64,000 bases of DNA from Camelus ferus (Eukaryota), in the NCBI RefSeq assembly GCF_009834535.1, contig NC_045696.1:74092001-74156000 (forward strand), written 5' to 3'. Below are positions 26,569 to 39,789 of this stretch, piece after piece. Below the pieces are notes generated by a model, which did not search any database, was not told the DNA's origin, and saw only the letters and a program-made list of their open reading frames with translations. Numbering within the stretch: the stretch's first letter is position 1; the number at the start of each line of letters is the position of its first letter. The position numbers and the translations under genes were made by a program.

Positions 26569-26944
26569 CGGTAGATCAATTTAGTCATAAAACCAGGGAA
26601 AATATTACTTGGCTAGTTTGTTTTTAGCTGAGTTACACAAAAGTTCAATTTATTTATTTATTTTTACTCTACTCTGCCACTATCAGTTTAAATACAAAAT
26701 TACTACTTATTGATGAAAAGTAATGAACATTAAATAGAATTTCTTGTAACTGTTCCTGTAAGTGTTAAGATCATTGCTAGTACTCTAAGTAATGAGTATC
26801 ATAACTCATTTATTTAGGAAACTGGCATTCACAGTATCAAATAAATGCCTAAAAACATGAGGCGGGTAATTTAAGTGAGTGACTTTGGCTGGATCTGGTG
26901 TGCGGTGGTATACGAAGGGGCCTCTGGGACTGGGGTATTCTAGC

Positions 26945-27146
26945 TACTGTTGCCAGTGGAAATGTGAGTTGCCAGGTCCTCAGATTTTTCTGAGAAGAAG
27001 CCAGGAGTCCAGATTTTTATGTGATTCCTGAAATTTTAAATTTTGTCTCAAAAATGTTTAAAAAAAGAAGGAAAGAAAAAAAAAGAAGGAAAGAAGAGGA
27101 AAAGATTAGAGACTAGTTATCTGCTTTTAGACAAATCTGTGACCTC
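26945..27146. mobile_element. MER102-like hAT-Charlie fragment
   Basis: 'gttgccaggtcctcagatttttctgagaagaagccaggagtccagatttttatgtga...tgtgacctct'. Confidence 0.55.
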
Positions 27147-28494
27147 TTCTTTATACAATAACTTGTGATTTTGGCAGCTGGAATTGTTTTCTAAACGTCT
27201 TCTAAATCTGAGCAATGCCTCACAATAAAATAGATTTAAAATTCTCTGCTCTTTGTCTTCTTATCAAAGTAGTTAGAGTGGTCAATGATCTAGAGGAAAA
27301 TCTTAAATGTCTGGGGAATTCATTTTCTAAAACAATTTTGAGGTAAAGATTTTTAAATAACGAAAAATTTTTATATTGCAGAACAATACTTAATTTATTT
27401 TCTTAATTTGGCTTTTCATATATTGCATTTTAAGAGACCAGACTGATGTTTCTATAATAAAAGTTGTTATTTTGTGAGTGATTTTGACCGCTCATCTCCT
27501 GTTTGAAACCTACAACTTTCAGAGCTTGTTATTGTGTCTTAAAAATTTTAACCATTCCAGTTGAAAGAAAATTCACTTTCTCAATTTTAAACCTACATTT
27601 GGGACATGTATTTTTAACTGTGAGGATAAAGGTGAATGGTTTGCTCTGTTGGTGTCATGCTGTCTTTAAATTTTTATGAAAAGAAGGAATTAGGAACAAC
27701 TTCTGGACAATATACTGCAGCACATAGCAGCTGAGGTTAATTTATTTTGATTCTTTATGGCTACCTGCTTGAGGTTATAATGGACGGGTGGCAGTTTACA
27801 TTATCCAGAAGCACAGCCCTCACAGAGGACTGAAGACACTGTCACAGGAGCTGTAGGTCAGGGCTCTGGGTGCAGAGGCTTTGAGACAGTGTATAGAAGT
27901 GGGCCAGAGAAGGCTTGGCTGTGAGGGGAGCAAAACAATGAGGCATGACGTCATATAGGTAAATGAGAGAAAGTCTGGCCATTTCAACAAAGCACACTTA
28001 CTGTTTAAAAATGGTGAAGGAAAGACAGCTGTGCCTCATGGAACAAGAGAGTAGGGTTTACAGCAAGGATTATTTTAAATGTATTTAAATAAATGTAACC
28101 ATAAGGAGAAACTATGCCTCTTTATTTGGAGTTCTCTGAAGAGGCAAAAGGATTTATGGAACATGAATGATAGGATTGGGAGGTGAGTGACAAATGTTTG
28201 CTATAGAGAGATGGCTTGGGACAAAAATCCAATGGAGGGATAAGTGAATATTTTTCTGCATAGAAAAAGATACAGTAAGGTTTCTTCTTGAGAAACTTAT
28301 CTTATTCAACATATTCAAATTAAGAGATATAAAGTAACTGAAAGGAGGAGGACAATGTAATTACTCATTTTGCATTTGACCCTATATTATTTATGAATTG
28401 AGTACCCTAGTCAGTTGTACATATCTGAACATACCTGCATGGGCAAAAGAATATGGGATGAGTTTCCTCCCCTACTTTTACTTTGCCAGCTTAT

Positions 28495-28860
28495 TTTTTT
28501 TAATTGTTAGCAAAACAATATGTGTACGTAGTCTAAAAAGTACAATAGTACTAAGAAACTGAGAATAGCAGTTCCTGACTCAACCTTTCCTTTCTTTCCG
28601 ATCCTGCTTGAAAGGCATCCATATTCCATGCATCTGTCTGTGTTCCTCTAGCATTACTTGAATGCATCTAAATAATGTAATTACTCTGTTAATCTTGATT
28701 GATCATTTTTACACATTGTTAGTGTTATACATAATAATGTAGATGCATGCTTCTGTGTCGCTTACCACACACTCCACTTTTCTTTTTTTAAGAGAAGTTG
28801 TCCTAACTCTTGAATAAAGCAATTATCTGTTTGCATCAGAGATGTTATTTACAAGTCTCG
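28495..28860 (-). mobile_element. Ancient L1 (L1ME-type) 3' fragment
   Basis: T-run then 'aaaacaatatgtgtacgtagtctaaaaagtacaatagtact'; heavily diverged. Confidence 0.45.
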
Positions 28861-30442
28861 TAAATGGACCTTAAGAAAAAACTAAAATAATTAGAAATGT
28901 AGAGGCATGCTGCTTGTAGACTGACCAAAAAGGGAGGACAGACCAGGCTAATGCTGGATATGATTAATATCTAAAATATATATAAATGCTATGGATAAGA
29001 TAGACACAGACTTCTTCATTCAATTGTGAAATTACACTAAGTAAAACTTTGTAAGAACATAAACACTTTGTTCTAAAAGTGCTATTTTTGTTTTAGAGAA
29101 TTAGCCTACTTTTCAGGTGCTCAGATTATACCTTTAGAAGAGGATCTCATTTTTATAGTTGAGACAGACAGCTGTGTCCATATATGTTTGTACGTGTTTT
29201 GCATTTTGCTTTGATTTGTTGACGACAGATTCCATGTTAAGAATATATAAGAAGGATTGAAAGTAAAACCTGATTAAATTTTCAATTTGTGAAATTTGTT
29301 ATTCCTTAAATGTGTATATTGCATGAAAATAGAGTGGCTTAAAAAGTGAAACAAAGTAAACAATATATTTCCTGAACTGAAAAATGAGGAATAATTTTCT
29401 TCAAATGCACATATGTTGGCTCTATGACACTGGCTTTCTTGGGAAACAAACATATGAGGAAATCACACTTTATCCTGGGTTCATGAATCTATAAAGAATG
29501 TTAGCTTTGCATATTAATAGCCCTTGTTATCGTGTTATTTAAAAATAAAACAAAATTTTCTCTTTCTGCAAAGGCCACCTCAAAAGATGTTTCCATAGAA
29601 ACCTGAGAAGAAAAATAAATGGGAATATCATTTAAGCTCTTCTCAAAGTGATCTGCAGTGCCCAGAGACTTAAACTTGACTTGAGATAACATTATCTATG
29701 GTCATTACATAGGTTTGTTAGGAAAAGCAGTTTATCCCTTGAGTATACATTTCCTAAATAGCTGATTTATTGCTCTTACTAATTTTGGGTTGGGGTTATT
29801 TTCTCTTGTCATCATTAGGATAGGGAAGAAACTCACAAGATTTTTATGCAACAGATGCAACATTCTCAATTTTAGAGCCCAGGGGAAAATTCACCTTATT
29901 CTGGTTGAGGTATACCATGAAAATTAAAAAGAAGCAATTTATCCTGTAAACTGTTTATATTGTACTTCAAGGGTGGTAAATTCATTCTTTAATAATTAAA
30001 AATCATTCAATCATTCAATAATTTCAAGCCAACCTTGACTTAGGGATGGTGCTGCTAGAAACATTGTGCAAATCTTTTCTAAACTCAGCAGGTAAAAGTA
30101 ATGAGTTTGATTAGCAACAGGAGCTCAGGACAGAAAAGTGACAGCCTGAATGCTACATGTTTACTATCCCTAACTCTCTATATTCATGGTTACATTCAAC
30201 AGACTCATGTCTGGCATTCATCTCTTTACCCTGATTAGTACTACAACTATGTCTCAGTCTAAGTTTCTATTTAATACGATATTAGAAATAATTTTGGACA
30301 ATAAGAACTTCAAAAAACTTTTCATGTCTAAAGTTAAATTTTAGATTTTGCTTCTTTTGTATCAAAAGCCTAAATAATTCCAGTTGTTTTCTCATGAAAT
30401 TGATCTTTAGAAAGGAAAAGGGATAGAAAAAGCAATGAGGAA

Positions 30443-32480
30443 TTCCTACATAATGCAATAAGATAAGAAAAAGAAATAAAAATATTCAGTTTGGGAAGAA
30501 ATAAAACTGTCTTTGTTCACAGGTAACAGCATCATCTATGTAGAAAATCTGAAAGAATTGCCAAAAAATTGAAACAAATAAGCAGTTATAGCAAGGTTGT
30601 GGGATACAAAGTTAATATACAAAAGTAAATTGCTTTCCTATATACCAGCAATGAACAAATAGAATTTGAAATTAACAACACAGTATCATTTACATTAGCA
30701 ACCTCAAAAATGAAATACTTAGGTGTAAGTCTAAAAAATATGTATAAGATCTATATGAGGAAAACTATGAACTGATGAAAGAAATTAAAGAACTAAATAA
30801 ATGTGGATATTTCATGTTCATGGACAGGAAGACTCAATATTGTCAAGTTGTCAGTTCTTCTCAACTTGATCTGTAGATTTAACACAATCTCAGTCAAAAT
30901 CCCAGCAAGATATTTTTGGGATATCGACAAACTGATTCTGAAGTTTACATGGAGAGGCAGAAGACCCAATGTAGTTAATGAGATATTGAAAGAGAAGAAC
31001 AAAAAGTTGGAGGACTGACGCTACCTGATTTCAAGCTTGCTGTAAAGTTACAGTAATCAAGATAATGTGGTATTGGTGAATAAACAGATAAATAGATAAT
31101 TTGAACAGACTAGAGACCTCAGAAACAGACCACATAAATATAGTTAAATGATCTTTGACAAAGGAGCAAAGGCAGTAAAATGGAGCAGCAATAGTCTTTT
31201 CAACAAATGGTGTGGGGACCATTCAACATCCACACGCAAAAAAAAAAAAAGAAAAGAAGAATCTAGACATGGACCTTACACTCTTTACAAAATTAATTCA
31301 AAATGGATCAGACAAATGTAAAACACAGAACTATAAAACTCTTAGGAAATAACAGAAGATCTAGACAACCTAGGGTTTAGTGATGACTTCAGCTAAAACA
31401 TTAAAGGCATAATCTATGAAAGAAACAATTGATACACTGGTTTTCATTAAATTAAAAAATTTCTGGTCTGCAAAAGGCACTGTCAGGAGAATGAGAAGAC
31501 AAGCCACAGACTGGGAGAAAGTATTTGCAAAACACATATCTGATAAAGGACTGTTATCCAAAATATACAAAAAAACAAAACAAACAAACAAACAAAACTC
31601 TTAAAACTCAACAATAGGAAAACAAACAACCTAATTTTAAAATGGGCCAAGATATACAGGTGACAGATAAGAATATGAAAGTATGTTCCCCATCTTATGT
31701 CATCAGGGAAATGTAAATTAAAACAAGATATCACTAAATACCTATCAGAGTGTGGTCAAAATGTGAAACACTGATGACACTGTATGCTGGCAGAGATGTG
31801 GAGCAAGAAGAACTATCTTTCATTGCTGGTGGAAATGCAAAATGGTATTCTCTTGGGAAGACAGTTTGGCAGCTTCTTACAAAACTAAATATACTCTTAC
31901 CATATGATTCAGCAATTGCATTCCTTGGTATTTACTCAAAAGAGTTGAAAATTTGCATCCACACAAAAACCTCACAAAAACTCAGATGTTTATAGCAGCT
32001 TTCTTCATAATTGCCAGAACTTGAAATCAACCAAGATATCCTTCAGGAGGCAAATGGATAAACTGTGGTACATCAAGAAAATGGAATATTATTTACTACT
32101 ATAAAGAAATGAACCATCAAGCCATAAAAAAGACATGGAGAAACTTTACATGCATATTACTACGTGAAAGAAGCCAGTCTGAAAAGGCTACATACTGTAT
32201 GATTCCAACTATATGACATTTTGGAAAAGGCATTATAAATTCCAAATCCATGGAATGTATAATACTAAGAGTGAAGCATACTGTAAACTGTGGACTTTCA
32301 GCGATTATGATGTATCAGTGTAGGTTTATCAGTTGTAACAAATGTACCATGCTGGTGGAGGATGTTGTTAATAGAGGAAGCTGTGCCTGTGTAGGGGCAG
32401 AGAGTATATGGGAAATATCTGTACCTTCCACTCAATTTTGCTGTGAACCTAAAACTGCTCTAAAAAAAATTCTATTTAAG
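30443..32480 (+). mobile_element. 5'-truncated L1 (L1MC1-like): distal ORF2 and 3' UTR
   Basis: ORFs 30803-31018 'DISCSWTGRLNIVKLSVL...RFNTISVKIP' and 31416-31604 'IKLKNFWSAKGTVRRMRRQATDWEKVFA'; 3' end 'ctcaattttgctgtgaacctaaaactgctctaaaaa'. Confidence 0.9.
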
Positions 32481-33679
32481 AGAAAAAGAATTAATGCAAG
32501 GAGAAAAAATGTAAATATAGAAAATGAGGCATGAGTACTCATATCTTGATAAATAGTAAAATGTCTCTCCTACTCCTCCCCTATTTCTGCATTCTGTATT
32601 GAATGTATAATATCAAACTTATATGTATTTACTAGGACACTAGGTACATGCCCACGGATGTCACTTTGAAAAATGAGAACAAGAAAAAATAAGATCTTAC
32701 TGCTCTTTAATGCTGACTAGCAGCATGAAAACACAAGGATACACCATATTTTCTGGTAGAATCAGTCCAGGCATTGGCATGTGAATTTGTAGCTACTGCC
32801 AAATGTATCAGTCAAATGTTAGTTTATTTAAACTGACATACTTAAGCATCATTTTGGGGGAGAGGGATAAAAGATATTTCTAAATTGTTAGTAGCACATA
32901 TTATTTCTCAAAGTACTGACATCATAAAAAGAATCAGATGAGAGGAGTATGTTTTGGAAACAGAAAATACGCAGAAACCAAGGTTTTCAATAATAAGTGA
33001 TGTTTCTCTGAAAAATAAATACCACAGAAGATTCCAATAATTAGAAGAATTAATTGTAAATTTGAAAAGAAGTTTAAGTCTAGTGTTGGGAAACCAGGGA
33101 CTTCTCCTATATAGACGTTTCATTCTGAATATATTCCTTGGTGAATTATGTTTGATTATGTATTTCTATATTGACTAGAAGTAAGTAGAAGAAATGTGTG
33201 TTTTCCTCCTTGTAACTAAATAATCAGTGCAAATATATTTTTAAAATATCCTAGTGTTGAATTTACATTTGCCCTTCATACTGTGAAGTTCAGTCTAGTC
33301 TGCACCTAAAACTAGCTTCTCAGCAGTCTTTAAAATACACAACCGTCAAATAGAGAAGACACTTCTGTCAGGATTTAATTTTTTTAAATGCTAATGGAAG
33401 TCTCATGTTGCTATTGATTATGAATTCAGTTTAGCATCTTGTGTAAACAAATTTTTTTCTAAGGTTAATAGGATTTTTAAAAGATTTGAGGCAGGATAAG
33501 AAAATTCCTTGTCACAAGTATCCCTAAGTATGGAGGAGAAAAAAAAAAACATATTGTCTTTCTCCTAAATAGCCATTTTTTTGCTGTTACACGAGAACCA
33601 TTCTTGTGTGAAAATGTGACCTTTGTAGGATTATAAATGTCAAAACATGGCCTTTTTAAGTCTCCAACTTTCTGACAGG

Positions 33680-33795
33680 CAAATATCTAATTTGTTTACT
33701 GATGTCAGCTCTTTTACTTTTATGTTCCTAGCTCTTAGCCCAGTGTTTGACACATAAGTCCCTCATAAATGCTAGTTGAATTTAAATGAATTCTT
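33680..33795 (+). mobile_element. L2 3' terminus
   Basis: 'cctagctcttagcccagtgtttgacacataagtccctcataaatgctagttgaat'. Confidence 0.55.
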
Positions 33796-34045
33796 TGAAA
33801 AAGTTCAGCTATTCAGATCATAGCTGTTACCTCTATCATTATCACATTGCTATTGTCAGACATTTATTAGTAACCCTTTATTGAAATAGAAGAAAGTCTT
33901 ATCAGTCAGTGAAACCACATATTATAAGAAAGGTGGAGACTTGCAACATAAAAGTTTAAACTGGAAAATAAAAGTGAGTAAGGACCTGTATTTTCCATCT
34001 CTGTCACTACAGCAACATTATACTGTATTACATTACAGTAGTCCT

Positions 34046-34477
34046 GTGTAACCTAGGTTCCTCCAGAAGCATACACTGAGGCAGAGAGTCCAGTGCAAAG
34101 AGAGGAATCAAAAAATGGGATAGGAAAGGGAAGGAAGTTGATAGAGAATACGTATCTTGCGAGTTACCTCTGCTAGTTAACTTGGAACTCTGGGAGTCAG
34201 TGAGAAATTCAAGCCACAGAATTATCCCAACTGTGGTTGAGGGAGTTGAAGTCTATATATTCAGCGTTTCTGAGTCTTTGGTTGAACTGAATGCTGCTCC
34301 CAGGTGGTGTTAACTCCCTGGCACTTCCAGCCTGCCAATCAGGAAGCGAAACCAAGCCACCAGAAAAAGCCCTCGGGAAGGGAGAAGCAGAATGCTAACC
34401 TTCTGGGAAAGCTGCGAGTGATAACTGAAACGGTAAAGCCAAGGGGAAAGGATGGGACAGAGATTGTACCTGATACA
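34046..34477 (-). mobile_element. ERVL solo LTR (LTR33-like)
   Basis: 'ggttcctccagaagcatacactgaggcag...gtgttaactccctggcacttccagcctgcc...aaagccctc...tgataca'. Confidence 0.7.
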
Positions 34478-35149
34478 AATATTACTCTCCTCTTAAAGGA
34501 ACCAAGACTCTTTGGGATAGCTTATTCCAGATCTCAGGGCAAGGATAATTTAGATCTGGAAAAACTGTCATTGCCAGAAAACAAGGGTATTTTACTTACT
34601 TATATATTTATATTATTTTATTTAAAGGACATGTGGCAGTGCTAAAAGGATAAAGTTGTGATAATATAAGCATCAAAATAATAATGATGATTATTGTGAC
34701 TAGTTGGAAGAAGTGGTCTGTGTAAGGCCACGAGTTTTTATAATAATGTAAGTATACAAAACAGTTGTAACAAAAAAGGAAGAGTAAATGGAATAGGGCA
34801 TGTCTAATTTTTGTATTTACCAAAAAAAAAAACAGGGGAATGCTAATTTATTTGGGTGTGTTGTTACTTCTACATTTGTTTATAAAGCATAGATAGGTAC
34901 TTATTTCCATCCAAACACACAGAACCACGAGTACAATCCTACAATCCTGGTAAAAGTAGCAGTTACACTAGGGTCAATACTGGTGGTCACACATTACAAC
35001 CAGTCAGGAAGAGAACTGAGCTGTGAATTGGGATTAATGATCACATATAATAACCAAGGAGGAACAAGGCTTAGCAGTGTGTTCAAGATGATAAATTAGC
35101 CCCATGATCTAAAGAAGAGAACTAATGGCTAAGGCTGACATAATCTCCA

Positions 35150-35960
35150 TCTCCTGAGAGACACAACCTCTAAATGGCCCCAACCAATAGAAACAATAAT
35201 GATAAATATATAAACATTTAATAATATTAACAATACAAGTCATTGTTTTAGGGCAGAACAATAAGTTATAGTGAATCTTGACAAGTGAGAATTTAAAAGT
35301 ACATCTTGGAACGTAAACACTCATAGAAAATAATTAATTCACTGACCTTAAAGGCAGCATTTTGACTGTAGGTACTGAAATGCAAAGAAATCTTAACCTA
35401 CAGTCAAAATTTTTATTGTTAGTGATAATATCAATGATTTTTTTGAGTATATGCACATACATATATGTGTATATAATAGGAAAAATCAAATAAGTAATTA
35501 TGTTAATGTTGTTAAGAATCAAGATTTTCAGAGACAGAGCTCGAGAATCAATGATGTTAAGTAAAAGTCCTGTGACTTTAAATTTCAATTGGAAATATTA
35601 GGCAGAACTCATGACTTTTTTTCTCTCATCTTATAAAAATATGTGTTTCCCAACTGTGTCCACTGAAAAGGCATGGAGATATGACGACTCAGGAGCAGTG
35701 AGCATTCAGAATGCCTAAATTGTAGTGTTGAAATTCCTCTGCTAAAAGGAATCAGAGCTCCTTGGGGGAAATGGCTGATTCCATATGTGGGACAGGAATG
35801 TTCAGGATGAACCTGTAATATTTCATTGTGCTGAAAAGCAAAGAATCTATCGAAGACTAATGGAGTCATACCAAAAGAAAGTGGGAACCAAATGAAGTGA
35901 CTCCTTTTGGCCAACATTAAGAAGACTACAGTTGATTTTATCATATTGAACATAAAAAAG
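35150..35960 (+). mobile_element. L1MC4/5-like 3' UTR fragment
   Basis: 'aagtaattatgttaatgttgttaagaatcaagattttcag', 'aaaggaatcagagctccttgggggaaatggctgattcc'. Confidence 0.75.
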
Positions 35961-35965
35961 CTGTG

Positions 35966-38340
35966 TTTCTAACAATATTAATCCTTCTAATCCAAGAACA
36001 TGGTATACCTTTCCATCTTTTTGTGTCATCTTCAATTTCTTCTTTCATCAGTGTCTTATAGTTTTCTAGTACAGGTCTTTTACCTCTGTAGGTAGGTTTA
36101 TTCCTAGGTATTTGATTCTTTTGGAAGTGATAGTAATTGGGTTTATTTCCTTATTTTCTCTTTCTTATATTTCATTGTTAGTGTATAGAAATGAAATAGA
36201 TTTCTGAAATATATCTATATATATAGCTTTGTCTTTTGTTATAGCCTTTATTTTTAAGTCAATTTTGTCCAATATGAGTATTGCTACCCCTAATTTCTTA
36301 TAGTTTCTGTTTGCAAGAAATACCTTTTTCCATCCCTCCATTTTCAGTCTGTGGTTTTCTTTTGCCCTAAAGTGAATCTTTAGTAGGCAGTATATTGAAG
36401 GCTCTTTTTTTTTTCCCAGTCAGCCACCCTATGTCTTTTGATTGGAGCATTTAGCTCATTGACATTTGAAGTAATTATTGATAGTGTATGTATTGACATT
36501 TTATTCCTTGTTTTCCAATTGTTTTTGTAGTTTTTCTCTGTTCATTTCTTGGGTTTTGTTCGTTTGTTTGTTTCTCCTATTGTGTTTTGATGGTTTTCTT
36601 TTGTAGTATACTTAGGTTTCTTTCTTAGTTTCTGTGTGTCTATTGTAGGTTTTTGATCTGTGGTTACCATGGGGTTCATATATGTTGACCCTTAATTGTA
36701 TTTGCTTGTTTTAAACTGATAGTCATTTTGGTTCAAATACATTCTAAAAGATCTACATTTTTAATTCCCCTCCTCCACATTTTGCGTTTTTGATGTCATA
36801 TTTTACAACTTCATGCTTAACCCTTTACTGTTTTTTGTAGCTATAGTTGTTTTTACTTTTTTTTTTTTTTTTTTTTTTGTCTTTTAAATCTATGTACTGG
36901 CTTATTTAAGTGATCTGCAATCCTTATTATATATTTGCCTTTTCTGTGGTGATTTTTCCCCTTCCCATAGATACTTTTCTTCCATTTAGAGAAGATTCTT
37001 TAAAGTTTCTTTTAGGGTAGGTTTTGTATTGCTGAATCCTTTTCGTTTTTGTTTGTGTGAGAGGTTTTTTTGTCTCTCCTCCTGTTCTACGTAATACCTG
37101 GGTTGCAGGTATTTCCTTTCATCACCTTGGCTATATCATGCCACTCCCTTCTGGCCTGCAAAGTTTCCGCTAAAAAGTCAGCTGATATACCACTATTCCC
37201 TTGTATATGACTCTTTGTTTTTTCTCTTGCTGCTTTTAGAATTCTCTTTTTATCTTTAACTTTTGCCATTTTAATTATGATATGTCTTGGTGTGGGTCTG
37301 CTTGCGTTCATCTTGTTTAGGACCTTCAGTGCTTCCTTGATACCTGCTTCCTTCTTTAGATTTGGGAAGTTTTCAGTCATAATTTCTTCAAATACATTTT
37401 CAATACCCTTCTTTCTCTCTTCTTCTGGAGACTTTTTAAAGTGAATGTTGGCACATTTTATGTTATCCCATGGATCTCATATGCTGATTTCATTTTTTAA
37501 ATTTGTCTTTCTGTCTGCTATTCCAGTTGGATGATTACTGTTACTGACTTCCAGATCACTTATGCCTTCTTTTGTATCATTTTGTCTGCTATTTATTGCT
37601 TCTAGAGTGCTTTCTATCTCAAATATTGAATTATCTATTTTTGATTGTTCTTCTTTATGTTTTCTAGTTCCTTGTTAAAAGGACCCATGTTTAGGTCAAT
37701 TCTTTTCTCTAATTCAGTTAGCATTTTTATTATCAATATATTAAATTCTTTGTCTAGTAAACAGTTTATCTCTGTTTATTATTTTTTCCTTGGTGGTTTT
37801 CTCTTGCTCTTTCAATAGAGAATTATTCTTATGTCTTTTCATTTTACTTAGCTTTCTCTGTCTCTGAATTTAGGTGAAACAGTTACCTATTGTAGTTTTT
37901 TAGGAGTGCTCTTAAGTAGGAGTGTCCCTGTATAGATTGTGTTTGTCCAGTGCTTTTTGTAGAAGGACTGGATTTGATGCAGACATTAGTCTCACCTTTC
38001 TTCAGAGTGTGCTGGCCATCTTGGTTGGAGGCATGATTTGTGATGGAGGAGCTAGAGTCTGCTTTGGGTGTGACATGGGACTTCCTCTCTGCTCAGTGGT
38101 CCTCACTTCCCTGTTAAGGGTGGAGTCTGCTCCCAAGTTGCTGGAGCAAAGCCCTGAGAATTGGGCTCAAGCTGGCTCACTTCCCTTTATGTGTGTGTCT
38201 TCCCTTCTCCCTACATTGAAGGCTTTGCCCCAGAGGAGGGGAGTCTGAAAGCAAGTGGGGCTCATGTACTTGCAGAGGTCTGATGTGCTGCCTGTGTAGG
38301 TATCTGTAGCTCTGCCCAGATGCATCCCACAGTCCTGTCT
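35966..38340 (-). mobile_element. L1 retaining 5' UTR, ORF1 and the start of the endonuclease, fused to a short distal ORF2 piece
   Basis: ORF 37087-37380(-) 'MTENFPNLKKE...RPTPRHIIIKMAKVKDKKRILKAAREK...ISADFLAETLQARREW' is ORF1p. EN-region text lies at ~36220-36500 and distal ORF2 at 35966-36210. Confidence 0.85.
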
Positions 38341-38464
38341 TTTCCCTTGTTTTACTGATTATGACCAATTATAGGGCCATTACTAGATACAGGCCTCCTT
38401 GTCAGTAGGGTTTTTAAAATTTAGATGTATTAATATTGGTTGTAACCATGGTAATAATGATATT

Positions 38465-38682
38465 GGTAACTACCATTTATTAGGTCTCCACTATAAACTT
38501 GGTGTTTCTGTATACTATTTCAGTTAAGCCATATATCAGTTCTATGAAGCAGGCATATTGCTGCTTTAGAGATAAGAAACTTAAGGCTTAAATAATTTAT
38601 CCAAGGTCACATAGTAAGTGGTAAAGCAGAGATTTAAACTCAAAATAAATATGACCTAGAAGTTCATGTCTTTAACCATTAA
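38465..38682 (-). mobile_element. MIR
   Basis: 'ttagagataagaaacttaaggctta...tccaaggtcacatagtaagtggtaaagcagagatttaaactc'. Confidence 0.8.
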
Positions 38683-39207
38683 ACCAAATCCTACAATCTG
38701 TCTCTCTCCCTAAGATTGGTAATTGGCAGAGAGTTAATATTTAGTAATAAATACATAAAATAACTCAGATAATACATGTGAACAAAGCTTTGTATGCCCT
38801 AGAGGACTTAGTTAAATGGAAATGAGAATGATATATAATTAACAGAATATTATCTATGCATAAAAAGATGATAGTAAATTAAAAAATATAAACCTAGAAA
38901 GATAGAAAAAATGTAGTATAAGGGGCTTATTTTCAGATCTTGAAAAACTAAGGCTAAGATGAAGGAAAAATGAAATGGGAAGATACACATTCAAGTAAAT
39001 GATAAGAGAGGAGAGACAAGAAGAGGGAGATTTGTACGTGGTGGGGACTGTGGCAGTCTATCAGCAGTTGCCTCAGATATTATTACTCATTGTTAGAATG
39101 ACCATCCCTATTTCACGCTTCCAAACTGAAATTATTTCTAGCACTTCAAACTTCTGTATTGTAACAGTTTTTAAAAATTGAAGTTATGTGACATTAAATT
39201 TAATCTC

Positions 39208-39635
39208 CCTATGTTATTCAAGATATACTAACTGCTGTAACAAACTACCTTTAATTTCAGTGATATAAAGAATCAAAGTTTAATTCTTGCTCATCTTATA
39301 GTACGTAACCATGAGGGAGAGGGACTCTGATACATGCAGCTATTCGGCGATCTAGGCTTATTAAATTTAGTGCAACCACTAGCCCCTCAGGCTTCAGAAG
39401 CCTCCAGTGGATTCTCCACATCCAGTCAGCAGTGTAAGAGAAAAAGAGAGAGTGAGGATATCTACATGAGGCTTCAGTGGCCATGTGTGGAAGTGCTGGC
39501 ATGCCTCCAGCCCACATGCCACTGGAGAAGCTCAGTTCCATGGTCCATCAAACTGAAGGAGTGCTCTGATAGTAGCTTACTGATGTGCTAAAGAATGAGA
39601 ACAAATATCAATAAACAATTACTCAATCACTTGCA
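39208..39635 (-). mobile_element. Old MaLR solo LTR (MLT1J/K-like)
   Basis: 'ctaactgctgtaacaaactacctttaatttcagtga...aaagtttaattcttgctca...cagcccacatgccactgg...ctcagttccatgg'. Confidence 0.65.
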
Positions 39636-39789
39636 TACTCCCTCACTATATTGCTGGCTCCTAAGAGACATAAGTAGTACTTACCAGTTATTTGTATGCC
39701 CCGTAATACCTAATAGAGCTTCTGGAATATAGTGGACTCTCAACTAATTGTTGAATAACTGTATGAACTCTCTAGCTCACTATTTACAT

